Assembly: GCA_963800335.1 (NCBI GenBank)
Contig: CAWDAN010000006.1
Coordinates: 13,659-77,658 of the forward strand
Length of the DNA: 64,000 nt
Direction of reading: 5' to 3'
Origin: an uncultured Alphaproteobacteria bacterium
Lineage (GTDB): Bacteria > Pseudomonadota > Alphaproteobacteria > Sphingomonadales > Sphingomonadaceae
Part shown: positions 37,759-46,542 of the stretch, one piece after another
How positions within the stretch are numbered: the stretch's first letter is position 1
Layout: each line of letters opens with the position of its first letter
Notes under the pieces: generated by a model
The model's input: the letters and a program-made list of their open reading frames with translations, nothing else
Database searches by the model: none
What the model was told of the DNA's origin: nothing
Made by a program: the position numbers and the translations under genes

Positions 37759-39171
37759 CTAGTTGTTGTTGCTGCCGTTCCAGACCGAGGCCTGCTGTTC
37801 GACATACTGTTGCGTCTGCCGCAGGATCGCCAGCTGGCGGTCCATGTTCGAGAACGTCTGTTGCAGGTTGGCCTGATAACGCGTGATGTCGTCGTCGAGC
37901 TTCTCGCGCAGCTCGGCGAGCTGCTTGTTGACCGCGGCAAAGCGCGTCTTGGCCAGCGTCAGCGGGCTGTTCTGGTCCTCCAGCGCGGTGCGCACCGATT
38001 GCAGCGTACCGGCAATTCCGGGATGGTCGGCGTCGGGGTCGATCGGGTCGAGCATCTGCGCGACGGCATCGGGATCGGCCGCCATGGCGCGATCGAACGT
38101 GGCGCCGTCGAGTTCCAGCGTACCGTCGCGCGCGGTCCGAATGCCGATGTCGGCGAGCGTGCGAAAAGGTCCATCGACCGAAAGGACGGTCGAGCTCATC
38201 CGGCCAAGCCGCGTGGCCATGTCGCGGATCGCGCGGTTGCCGGCGAGCGGACCGCCCGATGCGCTGTCGGTGCCCGGCGCGGTGGCCGTGTTGAGGCCGC
38301 GCTTGAGCGTGTTGTAGGCGTCGATGAATTCGGTCACGAGGTCGCGCGTCGTCGCGACGGGCTTGTCGCCCGAAATCGTGATGGCAGCGCCCGGCGCCGC
38401 CGACAACAGGTTGAGCCGGACGCCGACGATCGCATTTTCGATGACGTTGCTCGAATTTACCAGCTCGATGCCGTCCATCATGACGATGCTGTCGGCGGCG
38501 TCGGAAACCTTGGTCATTCCCGTGCCGCTGCCCGACGAATAGGCGAAGTCGGCGAGCGGGCTTGGCGTGCCGGTGATCGGATCGGGGCCCGGCGCCGTGA
38601 TCGAGAAACTCTGGTCGGCACCTTGCTTGCCCGATACGACGAGCCGCGTCCCGCGATTGTCGCTGACGATCTTGGCTGTCACGCCGGCATCGGCGTTATT
38701 GATCGCATCGCGCAACCCGGCAAGGCTATCGTTGGTCGCATCGATGACGATGTCGAATGCGCCGGTGCTGGTCGTCAGCGTCAGCGTACCTGTGCCGACT
38801 GCCGCGTCAGGGCCGGTGAAATTGCGCGAAATGATCCGCTGTTCGGCGGCGAGTTGCTTGACTTCGAGCGAGACCGGCAGCCCCTGGGGCTTTTGGCCGT
38901 CGATAAAGCTCGCGGTGGCAACGCCGCCGTTGCTCGATACCAGGTCGCCGGCAAAGCGCCGCCCGTCGAGGATCCCGCTGAGAGCGTCGGCAAAGGTGTT
39001 GAGCGACGATGATGCAGAGGCAAGCGCAGAAATGCGCGCGCTGTTGAGCTGCTGCTTCTGCTGGATCGTCGCTTCGCGCGGCTCCCGCGTCGCGGCGACG
39101 AGGTCGGCGACGAGCTGGGCGGAGTTGATTCCGGACTGGCCGCTGATCAGGTTGGAAATACTGGAGAGCAT
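37759..39171 (-). CDS. fliD: flagellar filament capping protein FliD
   Basis: N-terminal SGINSAQLVADLVAATREPRE and C-terminal FliD domains (QQTFSNMDRQLAILRQTQQYVEQQ). Confidence 0.88.
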   Translation of the reverse strand: MLSSISNLISGQSGINSAQLVADLVAATREPREATIQQKQQLNSARISALASASSSLNTFADALSGILDGRRFAGDLVSSNGGVATASFIDGQKPQGLPVSLEVKQLAAEQRIISRNFTGPDAAVGTGTLTLTTSTGAFDIVIDATNDSLAGLRDAINNADAGVTAKIVSDNRGTRLVVSGKQGADQSFSITAPGPDPITGTPSPLADFAYSSGSGTGMTKVSDAADSIVMMDGIELVNSSNVIENAIVGVRLNLLSAAPGAAITISGDKPVATTRDLVTEFIDAYNTLKRGLNTATAPGTDSASGGPLAGNRAIRDMATRLGRMSSTVLSVDGPFRTLADIGIRTARDGTLELDGATFDRAMAADPDAVAQMLDPIDPDADHPGIAGTLQSVRTALEDQNSPLTLAKTRFAAVNKQLAELREKLDDDITRYQANLQQTFSNMDRQLAILRQTQQYVEQQASVWNGSNNN

Positions 39172-39192
39172 GTGTGCCCCTTTCTGGAAGCT

Positions 39193-39219
39193 TTAACGGC
39201 AGGCGGCGGAAAGGATTTA
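39193..39219 (-). promoter_or_regulatory. sigma-28 (FliA)-type promoter for fliD-fliS
   Basis: Minus strand TAAAT-N14-GCCGTTAA. It overlaps the flhB stop codon. Same 19-nt register as the five other copies in the window. Confidence 0.6.
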
Positions 39220-40359
39220 GCTTTCGGGACGACCGTCTGCATCGAAGCGCAGGTCGTCGGGAACGATGATGTCGGGGCGATCGTGCTTGTCGGCCATCTC
39301 GGCATCGAGGCGGAAAATGAACGCGAGCAGCGAGGCGACCGCCATGTAGAGCCGCTCGTCGACGATGTGATTGGGCTTCGACGTGTAATAGATCGCGCGC
39401 GTCAGTTCGGGATAATGCAGGATCGGCACCTTGTTCTCGTCGGCCAGGCTGCGCATGATCAGCGCCAGTTCGCCGCGTCCACGCGCCAGCACGACCGGCG
39501 CCGCGTCGCGTTCCTGGTCGTAACGAAGCGCGACTGCGAAATGCGTCGGGTTGACGAGCAGCACGGTCGCATCCTCGATCGCCTTGCGCGCCGATCCGCT
39601 CGTCATTTCCTGCTGGCGTTGGCGGATCGCCTGTTTGACCTCGGGCGAGCCTTCGCTTTCCTTGTGCTCGTCCTTCACCTCCTGCTTGGTCATGCTCAGC
39701 TTCTTGCTGCGCTGGAACATCTGCGCGGGCACGTCGATCAGCGCGATGACGACGAGGCAGCCCGCCATCGCGATCAGCGTGAATACGAACATGCCGCCAA
39801 AGGCGTCGATGCTGTTGCGGATATCGCCAAGGCCCAGCTGGACCATGTCCTTGATCGACGAATAGATGAGGACGGTTCCGACCACGCCCATCAGGCTGAC
39901 CTTTGCCAAGGCTTTCGACAGTTCGATCAGCGCATGCATGCCGAACATGCGTTTCAGGCCCGAAGCGGGGTTCATCTTCGACGCCTTGGGCTGAAGCGCC
40001 GACCAGCGGAAGCCGAGCGATCCGAGCATCGCCGGGGTCGCGATCGTCGTCAGCATCAGGAGCGCGAACAGCCCGCCGAACGGAATCGCCAGCGGCGCGA
40101 TCAGCCGTAACGTGCGTTCGGCCATGTTGAAATCTTCGATGTCGGTCGGGGCGAAACTCAGGCCCGATCGGACCACCGCCGAGGTGGCATCGACGAGATA
40201 GCTGCCGAACAGCGCGAAAATCGTCGCGCCGCCGATCATGACGAGGGCGACGCCGAGCTCCTTCGACTGCAGGACGTCGCCTTTCTTGGCGCTGTCCTTC
40301 AACCGTTTTTGGGTTGGATCTTCGGTTTTCTCGCCGCCGCCGGAGGGTGAATCGGCCAT
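39217..40359 (-). CDS. flhB: flagellar type III secretion substrate-specificity switch protein FlhB
   Basis: N-terminus GGGEKTEDPTQKRLKDSAKKGDV, four TM helices, autocleavage site LVNPTHFAVAL. Confidence 0.92.
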   Translation of the reverse strand: MADSPSGGGEKTEDPTQKRLKDSAKKGDVLQSKELGVALVMIGGATIFALFGSYLVDATSAVVRSGLSFAPTDIEDFNMAERTLRLIAPLAIPFGGLFALLMLTTIATPAMLGSLGFRWSALQPKASKMNPASGLKRMFGMHALIELSKALAKVSLMGVVGTVLIYSSIKDMVQLGLGDIRNSIDAFGGMFVFTLIAMAGCLVVIALIDVPAQMFQRSKKLSMTKQEVKDEHKESEGSPEVKQAIRQRQQEMTSGSARKAIEDATVLLVNPTHFAVALRYDQERDAAPVVLARGRGELALIMRSLADENKVPILHYPELTRAIYYTSKPNHIVDERLYMAVASLLAFIFRLDAEMADKHDRPDIIVPDDLRFDADGRPES

Positions 40360-40362
40360 GCG

Positions 40363-41142
40363 TCAGCCCCTCACGACGATTTGCGACTGGTCGAGACCGT
40401 CGGACATGGCGTTCATCACCGCGTTGGCCATGACGGGAGCTGCCATCGCCAGCAGGACGAGGCCCGACAACAGCGCAACCGGCAGGCCGACCGCGAACAG
40501 GTTCATTGCCGGAGCCGATCGCGCGAGCATCGCCATGACCAGCTGGATCAGGATCAGCGCGGCACCGACGGGCATCGCGATCAGCAATCCCATCGCGAAC
40601 AGCGAGGCGCCGAAATCGACGAGGTCGCGGATCGCGGCGAAGCCGGGAAAGGCGTGGCCGGGGGGCAGCGTTTGGTAGCTGTCGACGATGATCGAGATGA
40701 GCATCAGGTGGCCGTCCATCGCGAGCAGCAACAGCGTTGCGACAATCGACAGGAACTGGCCGATCACCGGGGTCGACCCGCCCGACTGCGGATCGTTGAG
40801 CGAGGCGAAGCCGAGGCCCATCGCGTTGCTCAGCGTCTCGCCGGCAACGAACGCCGCCGAATAGCCGATCTGCAACGCGAAACCGATCGAGATGCCGACG
40901 ACGATTTCGCCGGCAATGAAAATGAATCCGGTAAAGCTGACCAGCGTGTCGGCGGGCATGACCGCGCCGCCCGCGCCGGTCGCGGCAATGCCGATCATCA
41001 TCGCCAGGATGATGCGCACCTGCAGCGGCACCTGTGCGGCACCGAAAATCGGCGCAGCGATCAGCGCGGCCCCGGGCCGGATCATCGCCATGACCCATTG
41101 CCACAATTGGTCTTCGGCGCCTGCAAACGCGGGGGCGATCAT
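40363..41142 (-). CDS. fliR: flagellar biosynthetic protein FliR
   Basis: Internal ATG 41142 (ATGA overlap with the fliQ stop). 259-aa polytopic protein at the fliPQR position. Confidence 0.85.
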   Translation of the reverse strand: MIAPAFAGAEDQLWQWVMAMIRPGAALIAAPIFGAAQVPLQVRIILAMMIGIAATGAGGAVMPADTLVSFTGFIFIAGEIVVGISIGFALQIGYSAAFVAGETLSNAMGLGFASLNDPQSGGSTPVIGQFLSIVATLLLLAMDGHLMLISIIVDSYQTLPPGHAFPGFAAIRDLVDFGASLFAMGLLIAMPVGAALILIQLVMAMLARSAPAMNLFAVGLPVALLSGLVLLAMAAPVMANAVMNAMSDGLDQSQIVVRG

Positions 41143-41411
41143 ACGAGCAGTTCCGGGATCCGGTTGAACATGTCGATCGTGAAGTCGGCGATCAGGTAGA
41201 GGATCGAGCCGCCGAACAGCGCGAGCATCAGGCCCACCACGATCAGCTTCGGCACGAAGCTCAGCGTCGCCTCGTTGATCGACGTCGCTGCCTGGACCAT
41301 GCCGAGCAGGATGCCGACGACGAGCGCGGGGATAAGGAGCGGGGCGGCAGCCAGCGCGGTGATCCACAGCGTTTGCTGGGCGATGCCAATGAAGAAGTCG
41401 GTCTGTTCCAT
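41139..41411 (-). CDS. fliQ: flagellar biosynthetic protein FliQ
   Basis: 90 aa with two TM helices (LLIPALVVGILLGMVQAATSINEATLSFVPKL). Confidence 0.9.
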   Translation of the reverse strand: MEQTDFFIGIAQQTLWITALAAAPLLIPALVVGILLGMVQAATSINEATLSFVPKLIVVGLMLALFGGSILYLIADFTIDMFNRIPELLV

Positions 41412-41421
41412 GGTCGGCGCC

Positions 41422-42207
41422 TCAGGTTACGAACGAGCCGGCGAGCGAGCCCATCGTCAGGGCCCAGCCATCGACCAGGACGAACAGGAGCAGCTTGAAC
41501 GGCATCGAGATGATCGTCGGCGACAGCATCATCATGCCGAGCGCCATCAGCGTCGATGCCACGACCAGATCGATGATCAGGAAGGGCAGGAAAATCATGA
41601 AACCGATCTGGAATGCGGTCTTGAGCTCGCTGGTCACGAACGCGGGCAGCAGGATCGAGAACGGGATCGCCTCGGCGCTTTCGAAGCTCGGCTTCTTGGC
41701 GATGTCCATGAATAGCTTGAGGTCGGTCTGGCGCGTCTGCTTGACCATGAAGCTGTGGAAGATGTCGCCCGAGGTCGCGACCGCCTGTTCGAGCGTCACC
41801 TGGTCGGCGCCATAGGGCTGGATCGCGCGGGCGTTGATCTGCTCGATCGACGGCGCCATGACGAACAGCGAAAGGAACAGCGACAGGCCGATCAGGACCT
41901 GGTTGGGCGGGGTCTGCTGCAGGCCCAGCGCCTGGCGCAGGATCGACAGGACGATGATGATGCGGGTGAAGCTGGTCATCATCAGGATCAGCGACGGCAG
42001 GATCGTCAGCAGACCCATCATCACGAGGATCTGGAGCGACAGCGTCAGCGGCGCACCGTCGCCCGATACGTCGCCAAGTGCGCGGGTCAGCGCTTCGGAA
42101 GCCCCCGGCGTCTGCGCCGTCAGCTGGGCAGGGACGGCGAGCAGCAGCCCGGCGAGGCCGAGGCGGAGGAATGTGGCGGGGGCGGGGAGGCGAAGCGACG
42201 TGCGCAT
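41422..42207 (-). CDS. fliP: flagellar type III secretion system pore protein FliP
   Basis: Signal peptide plus FliP core (LLTILPSLILMMTSFTRIIIVLSILRQALG, FLPFLIIDLVVAS). Confidence 0.92.
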   Translation of the reverse strand: MRTSLRLPAPATFLRLGLAGLLLAVPAQLTAQTPGASEALTRALGDVSGDGAPLTLSLQILVMMGLLTILPSLILMMTSFTRIIIVLSILRQALGLQQTPPNQVLIGLSLFLSLFVMAPSIEQINARAIQPYGADQVTLEQAVATSGDIFHSFMVKQTRQTDLKLFMDIAKKPSFESAEAIPFSILLPAFVTSELKTAFQIGFMIFLPFLIIDLVVASTLMALGMMMLSPTIISMPFKLLLFVLVDGWALTMGSLAGSFVT

Positions 42208-42211
42208 CGGC

Positions 42212-42610
42212 TTACTCCTGGCCCGGGCGGGTAGCGGTGCGCAGCGCGAGCGCCTTGTTCATGATCGTGCGGAAAGGATTGGCGGGGTCGCCGAGCCCGG
42301 CGTCGGGCGTTTCGTTCGCCAATGGCAGCGGCGCGGTGTGCGCCTCGCGTTCGGCTTCGGTCATCTCGCGCGCGGCGATCTGTTCGATCTTGCCGCGGGT
42401 TGCCGACAGCAGGATTCGCTGGCTGCCGAATTCGATCACCGCGAGCCGGCCCGACGTGCCCATCGAAAGCGTTTCGACGAGGCGCATGTCGCGCTGCTTC
42501 ACGCCGGGGGCAAGGCCCGGCTGGTATTTACGATAGAGCCATAACGCTCCCACGATCATGCCTGCCATGAGCGGCAGCATGATCACCAGCTTGAGTATGT
42601 AATACGTCAC
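42212..42610 (-). CDS. fliO: flagellar biosynthetic protein FliO
   Basis: GTG start. Single N-terminal TM helix, then RLAVIEFGSQRILLSATRGKIE. Position between fliN and fliP. Confidence 0.7.
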   Translation of the reverse strand: MTYYILKLVIMLPLMAGMIVGALWLYRKYQPGLAPGVKQRDMRLVETLSMGTSGRLAVIEFGSQRILLSATRGKIEQIAAREMTEAEREAHTAPLPLANETPDAGLGDPANPFRTIMNKALALRTATRPGQE

Positions 42611-42978
42611 TAAGCACGCCTTTCGACCTTCGCACTGCCGACGTTTTTCGTGACAACTTCCGCAACGCGGATGCCGAAACGACCGTCGACCGTTACGACT
42701 TCCCCCCTTGCAACCAGCGTGCCATTTACGTTGATGTCGAGTAGGTCGCTCGCCTGGCGGCCGAGTTCGACCACCGATCCTTCGTTCAAGGCCATGATTT
42801 CGCTAAGTTTTAGCGAAACGTTGCCGACCTCGACCGAAAGCCGGACGGGGATGTCGGCGAGGAAGCGATAGTGGTTGGCGCTTTCGTCGGCAAAAGCTGC
42901 CCCGGCGTCGCGGCAAGAATTTGCCGCTTCGTTGCCGCCCTGCTGGGCCAGCGTTGGGGCTTCGGTCATGTCGTTCAT
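42610..42978 (-). CDS. fliN: flagellar motor switch protein FliN
   Basis: C-terminal SpoA domain (IPVRLSVEVGNVSLKLSEIMALNEGSVVELGRQASDLLDINVNGTLVARGEVV). Confidence 0.9.
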   Translation of the reverse strand: MNDMTEAPTLAQQGGNEAANSCRDAGAAFADESANHYRFLADIPVRLSVEVGNVSLKLSEIMALNEGSVVELGRQASDLLDINVNGTLVARGEVVTVDGRFGIRVAEVVTKNVGSAKVERRA

Positions 42979-42981
42979 AAC

Positions 42982-43899
42982 TTATCCTTTCTCGATATGG
43001 TCGATGCGGAAGGCGGCGAGGCCGTTTTGCTCGCCGAGACTGCCGCGTGCGAAGGTGCGATCGCCGACGATCAGCGGAATGTTCTGGGCCGGCGGAATGG
43101 GAATGATGTCGCCGGGCTTGAGGTTGGCGAGCTCGGGTAGCGTCATCGTCGGACGCGCCAGGATCGAGCGGACGGGCACGAAGACCTCGGCCATCGCGCT
43201 GCCCATTTCGAGCCGCCATGCCGGATCGGCGGTAACCGCTTCGGGGCCCTGGCTCGGGCTCCATTCCTCGCGCGCCGACTGGATCATCGCGATCGGGTAG
43301 ACGATATCGATGGTGAAGCTGGTCGTGCCGGCAAAGGTCAGCGTGAACGGCTGGATCATCAGCGCCGCGTCGCCCTTGGCGATCTTCGCTTCCTCGGGGT
43401 CGTCGGTCAGGCCGGCGGCGAGGCAGCGGAACGATCCGAACTCGCCCCACGCGGCGCCGATCGGCATCGCCAGCAAGTCGGCGATGCGGTGCATCAGCCG
43501 CAGGTCGGCGGGGGAATATTCGGTTTTTTTCGTCGTGGCGCGGGATATCGAACCACCGAAAAAGGCGTCGACCAGCGCGGCGATGAGGTCGTGGCCAAGG
43601 CGCAGCGCCAGCCGGCCCTTCATCGGCGGCAACTGGTAGAAGGCGAGGCCCATCGACTGGCCCTGCGCTGCCAGCCAGCTGTCGTGCGTGTCGATGATCG
43701 CCTGTTCGGGCGTGACCGTCAGGCGTTCACTGGCGAGCGGCTGGAGCGCGGTACGCAGGCCGCCGGCGAGCAGCTTGGCGGTCCGCCGAGCGATCGGCAT
43801 GACGTCGGCTTCGCTGCTGTCGCGCCGCGGAAAGCTGTGCGCCGCACCCTGCAGCGCGTCTGCAACCGGAGCCGGTGATGTGGGAGCCTGGGTCGCCAT
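42982..43899 (-). CDS. fliM: flagellar motor switch protein FliM (N-terminus atypical)
   Basis: ATG 43899 lies 4 nt downstream of the fliL stop. FliM middle domain (LVDAFFGG) and C-terminal SpoA-like domain (LKPGDIIPI). No LSQxEIDxLL peptide at the N-terminus. Confidence 0.85.
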   Translation of the reverse strand: MATQAPTSPAPVADALQGAAHSFPRRDSSEADVMPIARRTAKLLAGGLRTALQPLASERLTVTPEQAIIDTHDSWLAAQGQSMGLAFYQLPPMKGRLALRLGHDLIAALVDAFFGGSISRATTKKTEYSPADLRLMHRIADLLAMPIGAAWGEFGSFRCLAAGLTDDPEEAKIAKGDAALMIQPFTLTFAGTTSFTIDIVYPIAMIQSAREEWSPSQGPEAVTADPAWRLEMGSAMAEVFVPVRSILARPTMTLPELANLKPGDIIPIPPAQNIPLIVGDRTFARGSLGEQNGLAAFRIDHIEKG

Positions 43900-43903
43900 G
43901 GTC

Positions 43904-44449
43904 TTACTGCAGCACCAGCTTGGTAAAATAGACTTCGCCGATGCCGCCAAACCCGGTTTTTTCGACGAGCGTTTCGTTAATCCGGTCGCGCAGCCGGTCG
44001 GCCAGCGCCTCTTTCCCGGCGACGGTTTCGAGTTCGAGCCCGTCGGTATTGGCCAGTTCGAGGACGATCGCATTGCGCACCGCGATGTCGTGATCGGTCA
44101 GCGCAGTGATGACGGTCTCGTCATAGAAGGTCGAAACCGCCAGATCGACCTGGGCAAAGCCGCTGTCGCCGCGCAGGTTGGTGGTGAAGGTCTTCTCGAT
44201 CGGGTGATAGGTCACCTTGTACTTTTCGGTGTGGGTCAGCTTGCCGTTGGCCGGGGCCTCGACCTCGTCACCGTCCTTGAGGACAAGCTTGGGCAGGTCG
44301 GGTTTCTCTTCGACAGGCGCGCCGCTGACCGAATTGGCATAGACATAGCCGCCGCCGCCAAAGGCGCCGCCCACCACGAGAACGGCAATCGCCGACAGCA
44401 GCATCTTTTTCTTTTTGCTGCGTTTCTTGGGTTGCTTTTCAGTCGACAT
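43904..44449 (-). CDS. fliL: flagellar basal body-associated protein FliL
   Basis: Lys-rich N-terminus, one TM helix, FliL domain (FTTNLRGDSGFAQVDLAVST...ALADRLRDRINETL). Confidence 0.85.
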   Translation of the reverse strand: MSTEKQPKKRSKKKKMLLSAIAVLVVGGAFGGGGYVYANSVSGAPVEEKPDLPKLVLKDGDEVEAPANGKLTHTEKYKVTYHPIEKTFTTNLRGDSGFAQVDLAVSTFYDETVITALTDHDIAVRNAIVLELANTDGLELETVAGKEALADRLRDRINETLVEKTGFGGIGEVYFTKLVLQ

Positions 44450-44485
44450 GTTTGAACTCCGAATGGGTCTTAGTGTGCCGGAAAA

Positions 44486-46114
44486 TCAGGCGTAAAATAC
44501 GTTGGAAGCCGGGTTTGACAGCTCGATCTCTGGGCGCGCCGGGATACCGTGATTGGCCGAAAAACCGCGCTGGTCATGGCGCGCACTGGCCGATTGCTGG
44601 GCATTGCTGCCGCGACCGTCGTGACCGGTACTGTGCCCGGCGCTCTGGCCGCTACGCTGTTCGGATCCGCCGCCATCATGGCGGGCGGCCGCGTCGCGCG
44701 TCGCGACATCGATCGTCGTGATCCGCTGCCCGGCCTGGCGCAGTTCGTTTTCGATGCGGCCATGCGCCTGGGCGATCGCACCGCGCACGGCTTCGTTTTC
44801 GGTCGTGATCTGCAGGCGTTCCATCTTGTGATCGAGCGCGATCTCGAGCTTGCCGAACCCTTCGGGGGTAATCTGCAGCATGATCGCGCCGTTCTTGATC
44901 GACATCGCCGACATCGCGGCGCTGATCGCGCCACCGATGCGCTGTCCGAAATTGTGATCGAACGGCACTGTTGCGGCGGTCGGCAGGTTTTGAGGCGTCG
45001 GGGTGCCGGCCTGCGCGGGCGCGCTCTGCTGCGCGATGACCTGGGCGAAATTCTGGACCGGCTGGACCGACGTATCGGCGGCGAGCACCGGTACGGGGGC
45101 CGCTGCGACCGGGGCGTTTGAATGCGCCGGGGCGGGCTTGTCGCCGTTCGACCGGTGCAGCGCAGCGGTGAGGCTCGGCGCAGGCGTACGGTTGGTCGCG
45201 GGCGCCTCCGAATCGGCGACCTTGGGGCCTTGGGCCTTGGAACCCAGTGCCGCACGCGTCGGCGTTGCACCGACAGCACCTGCGATGCCGCTGCCCGGGG
45301 CCGCATGCGCGACGGCGGTTGCCGATGCGGCGGTCGGGAGGGGTTGAGTGACCCCGGTCCGCGCCGCCTGGTCGTTTTGCAATTGGGCCGACATTGCCTG
45401 GTCGCTCCGGGCCGCCGCCGACGATTGGATCGCCGACGGCGTGGGAGCGGACGTTGCAGGGGTGGCGGTGCTGGCTACAGCCGCGGGCCCAGCGGGAGTA
45501 GCGGGAGTAGCGGGAATAACAGGGGGCGCGGTGCTGGCTACGACCGCAGGGCCAGCGGTCTTCGCGGGAGTTGAATTTGCCGACGCTGCGGCAGCGGTAG
45601 CGGCTTTTGCCACGTCCGACGCAGGTGCGGGCAGGTCAATCGTTCCGCGCGCGACGACGCCGGGCGCGCTGCGAGCTGCGCCATGCGATCCGCTTTGCAG
45701 GCTATCGCCGGCAGCGCCGGTGGTCTGCGTAAGCGCAGCGCCAGTGGCGGGGACTGCGGCAAGGACCTGCGGGGTGGCGATCCCGGGAAGCACGATCATC
45801 GGCGCCATCACGGTGGGGAGGGCGTCGCTATCGCGCGTGTCGTCGGATTTGGCCGCATCGGCCTTGTCCGCTGCATCGGTTCTGACCGCGAGCGGATCGG
45901 TGTTTTCGTCGGCCGACGAAGCGACCGCGAATTTCGCGTGGCCCGGCAATGCCGAAGGAGCCGTGCGCGCCAGATGCGGCGCCGTCTTGGCCTCGAGCTG
46001 GCGGCGGAAGGGAAGGGTGTTACCGGTCATCGTTTCCGACCTTGCAGAAAGCGTGCCAGTTGGGTTGGCATTGGCCGTGCCGCCTTTGCCGAAGCTGGTG
46101 GAAAGGTTCATCAT
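44486..46114 (-). CDS. fliK: flagellar hook-length control protein FliK
   Basis: ATG 46114 (ATGA overlap with the fliJ stop). Long Ala/Pro/Thr-rich ruler region and a C-terminal Flg_hook domain (GAIMLQITPEGFGKLEIALDHKMERLQITTENEAVR). Confidence 0.78.
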   Translation of the reverse strand: MMNLSTSFGKGGTANANPTGTLSARSETMTGNTLPFRRQLEAKTAPHLARTAPSALPGHAKFAVASSADENTDPLAVRTDAADKADAAKSDDTRDSDALPTVMAPMIVLPGIATPQVLAAVPATGAALTQTTGAAGDSLQSGSHGAARSAPGVVARGTIDLPAPASDVAKAATAAAASANSTPAKTAGPAVVASTAPPVIPATPATPAGPAAVASTATPATSAPTPSAIQSSAAARSDQAMSAQLQNDQAARTGVTQPLPTAASATAVAHAAPGSGIAGAVGATPTRAALGSKAQGPKVADSEAPATNRTPAPSLTAALHRSNGDKPAPAHSNAPVAAAPVPVLAADTSVQPVQNFAQVIAQQSAPAQAGTPTPQNLPTAATVPFDHNFGQRIGGAISAAMSAMSIKNGAIMLQITPEGFGKLEIALDHKMERLQITTENEAVRGAIAQAHGRIENELRQAGQRITTIDVATRDAAARHDGGGSEQRSGQSAGHSTGHDGRGSNAQQSASARHDQRGFSANHGIPARPEIELSNPASNVFYA

Positions 46115-46542
46115 GGGCGCGATTCCATCGATCTGCGCGGCACAGCGCGCGGTTGGTTGGCGATCTTGCGATCGATCTCGATTTCGACATTGGCGGCGGC
46201 GCGACCGGCAAGCCGGTCGGCAATCTCGCGTTTCTGGAAGGCGGCAATACGTTGCCGCTCCATTTCGGCAGTTCTTTGCCGCGCCTCGTCGATCGTCTGC
46301 GCCATCCCGTCGTCGGCATGGCGCAGGCGATCGACCAGCTCGAGCTGGGCGTGGAGCGCGCGACCGTCGCGGCAGGCATTGCCCGCTTCGTGCATATGGG
46401 CGGCGATCGATTTCAGTTGCCGACGGCGCTGGTGCAGGGTGTCTTCGGCGCCGCGCGCGAGCGCGCTGTCGCCCGTCGCTATGCGCAGCTGGGTATCGCG
46501 CATGCCGAGGATACGGCGACGGCTGGCGAGCAGCTTCTTCAT
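46111..46542 (-). CDS. fliJ: flagellar export protein FliJ
   Basis: 143-aa Arg/Glu-rich coiled-coil protein between fliI and fliK. Translationally coupled on both sides. Confidence 0.65.
   Translation of the reverse strand: MKKLLASRRRILGMRDTQLRIATGDSALARGAEDTLHQRRRQLKSIAAHMHEAGNACRDGRALHAQLELVDRLRHADDGMAQTIDEARQRTAEMERQRIAAFQKREIADRLAGRAAANVEIEIDRKIANQPRAVPRRSMESRP

Noticed and set aside
38807-41104. 765-aa minus-strand ORF spanning fliD, flhB and fliR
   Set aside because: It is an alternative frame of genes with strong flagellar homology. The translation is extremely Arg/Pro/Asp/Gly-rich with no motifs, which is typical of long stop-free off-frames in high-GC DNA.
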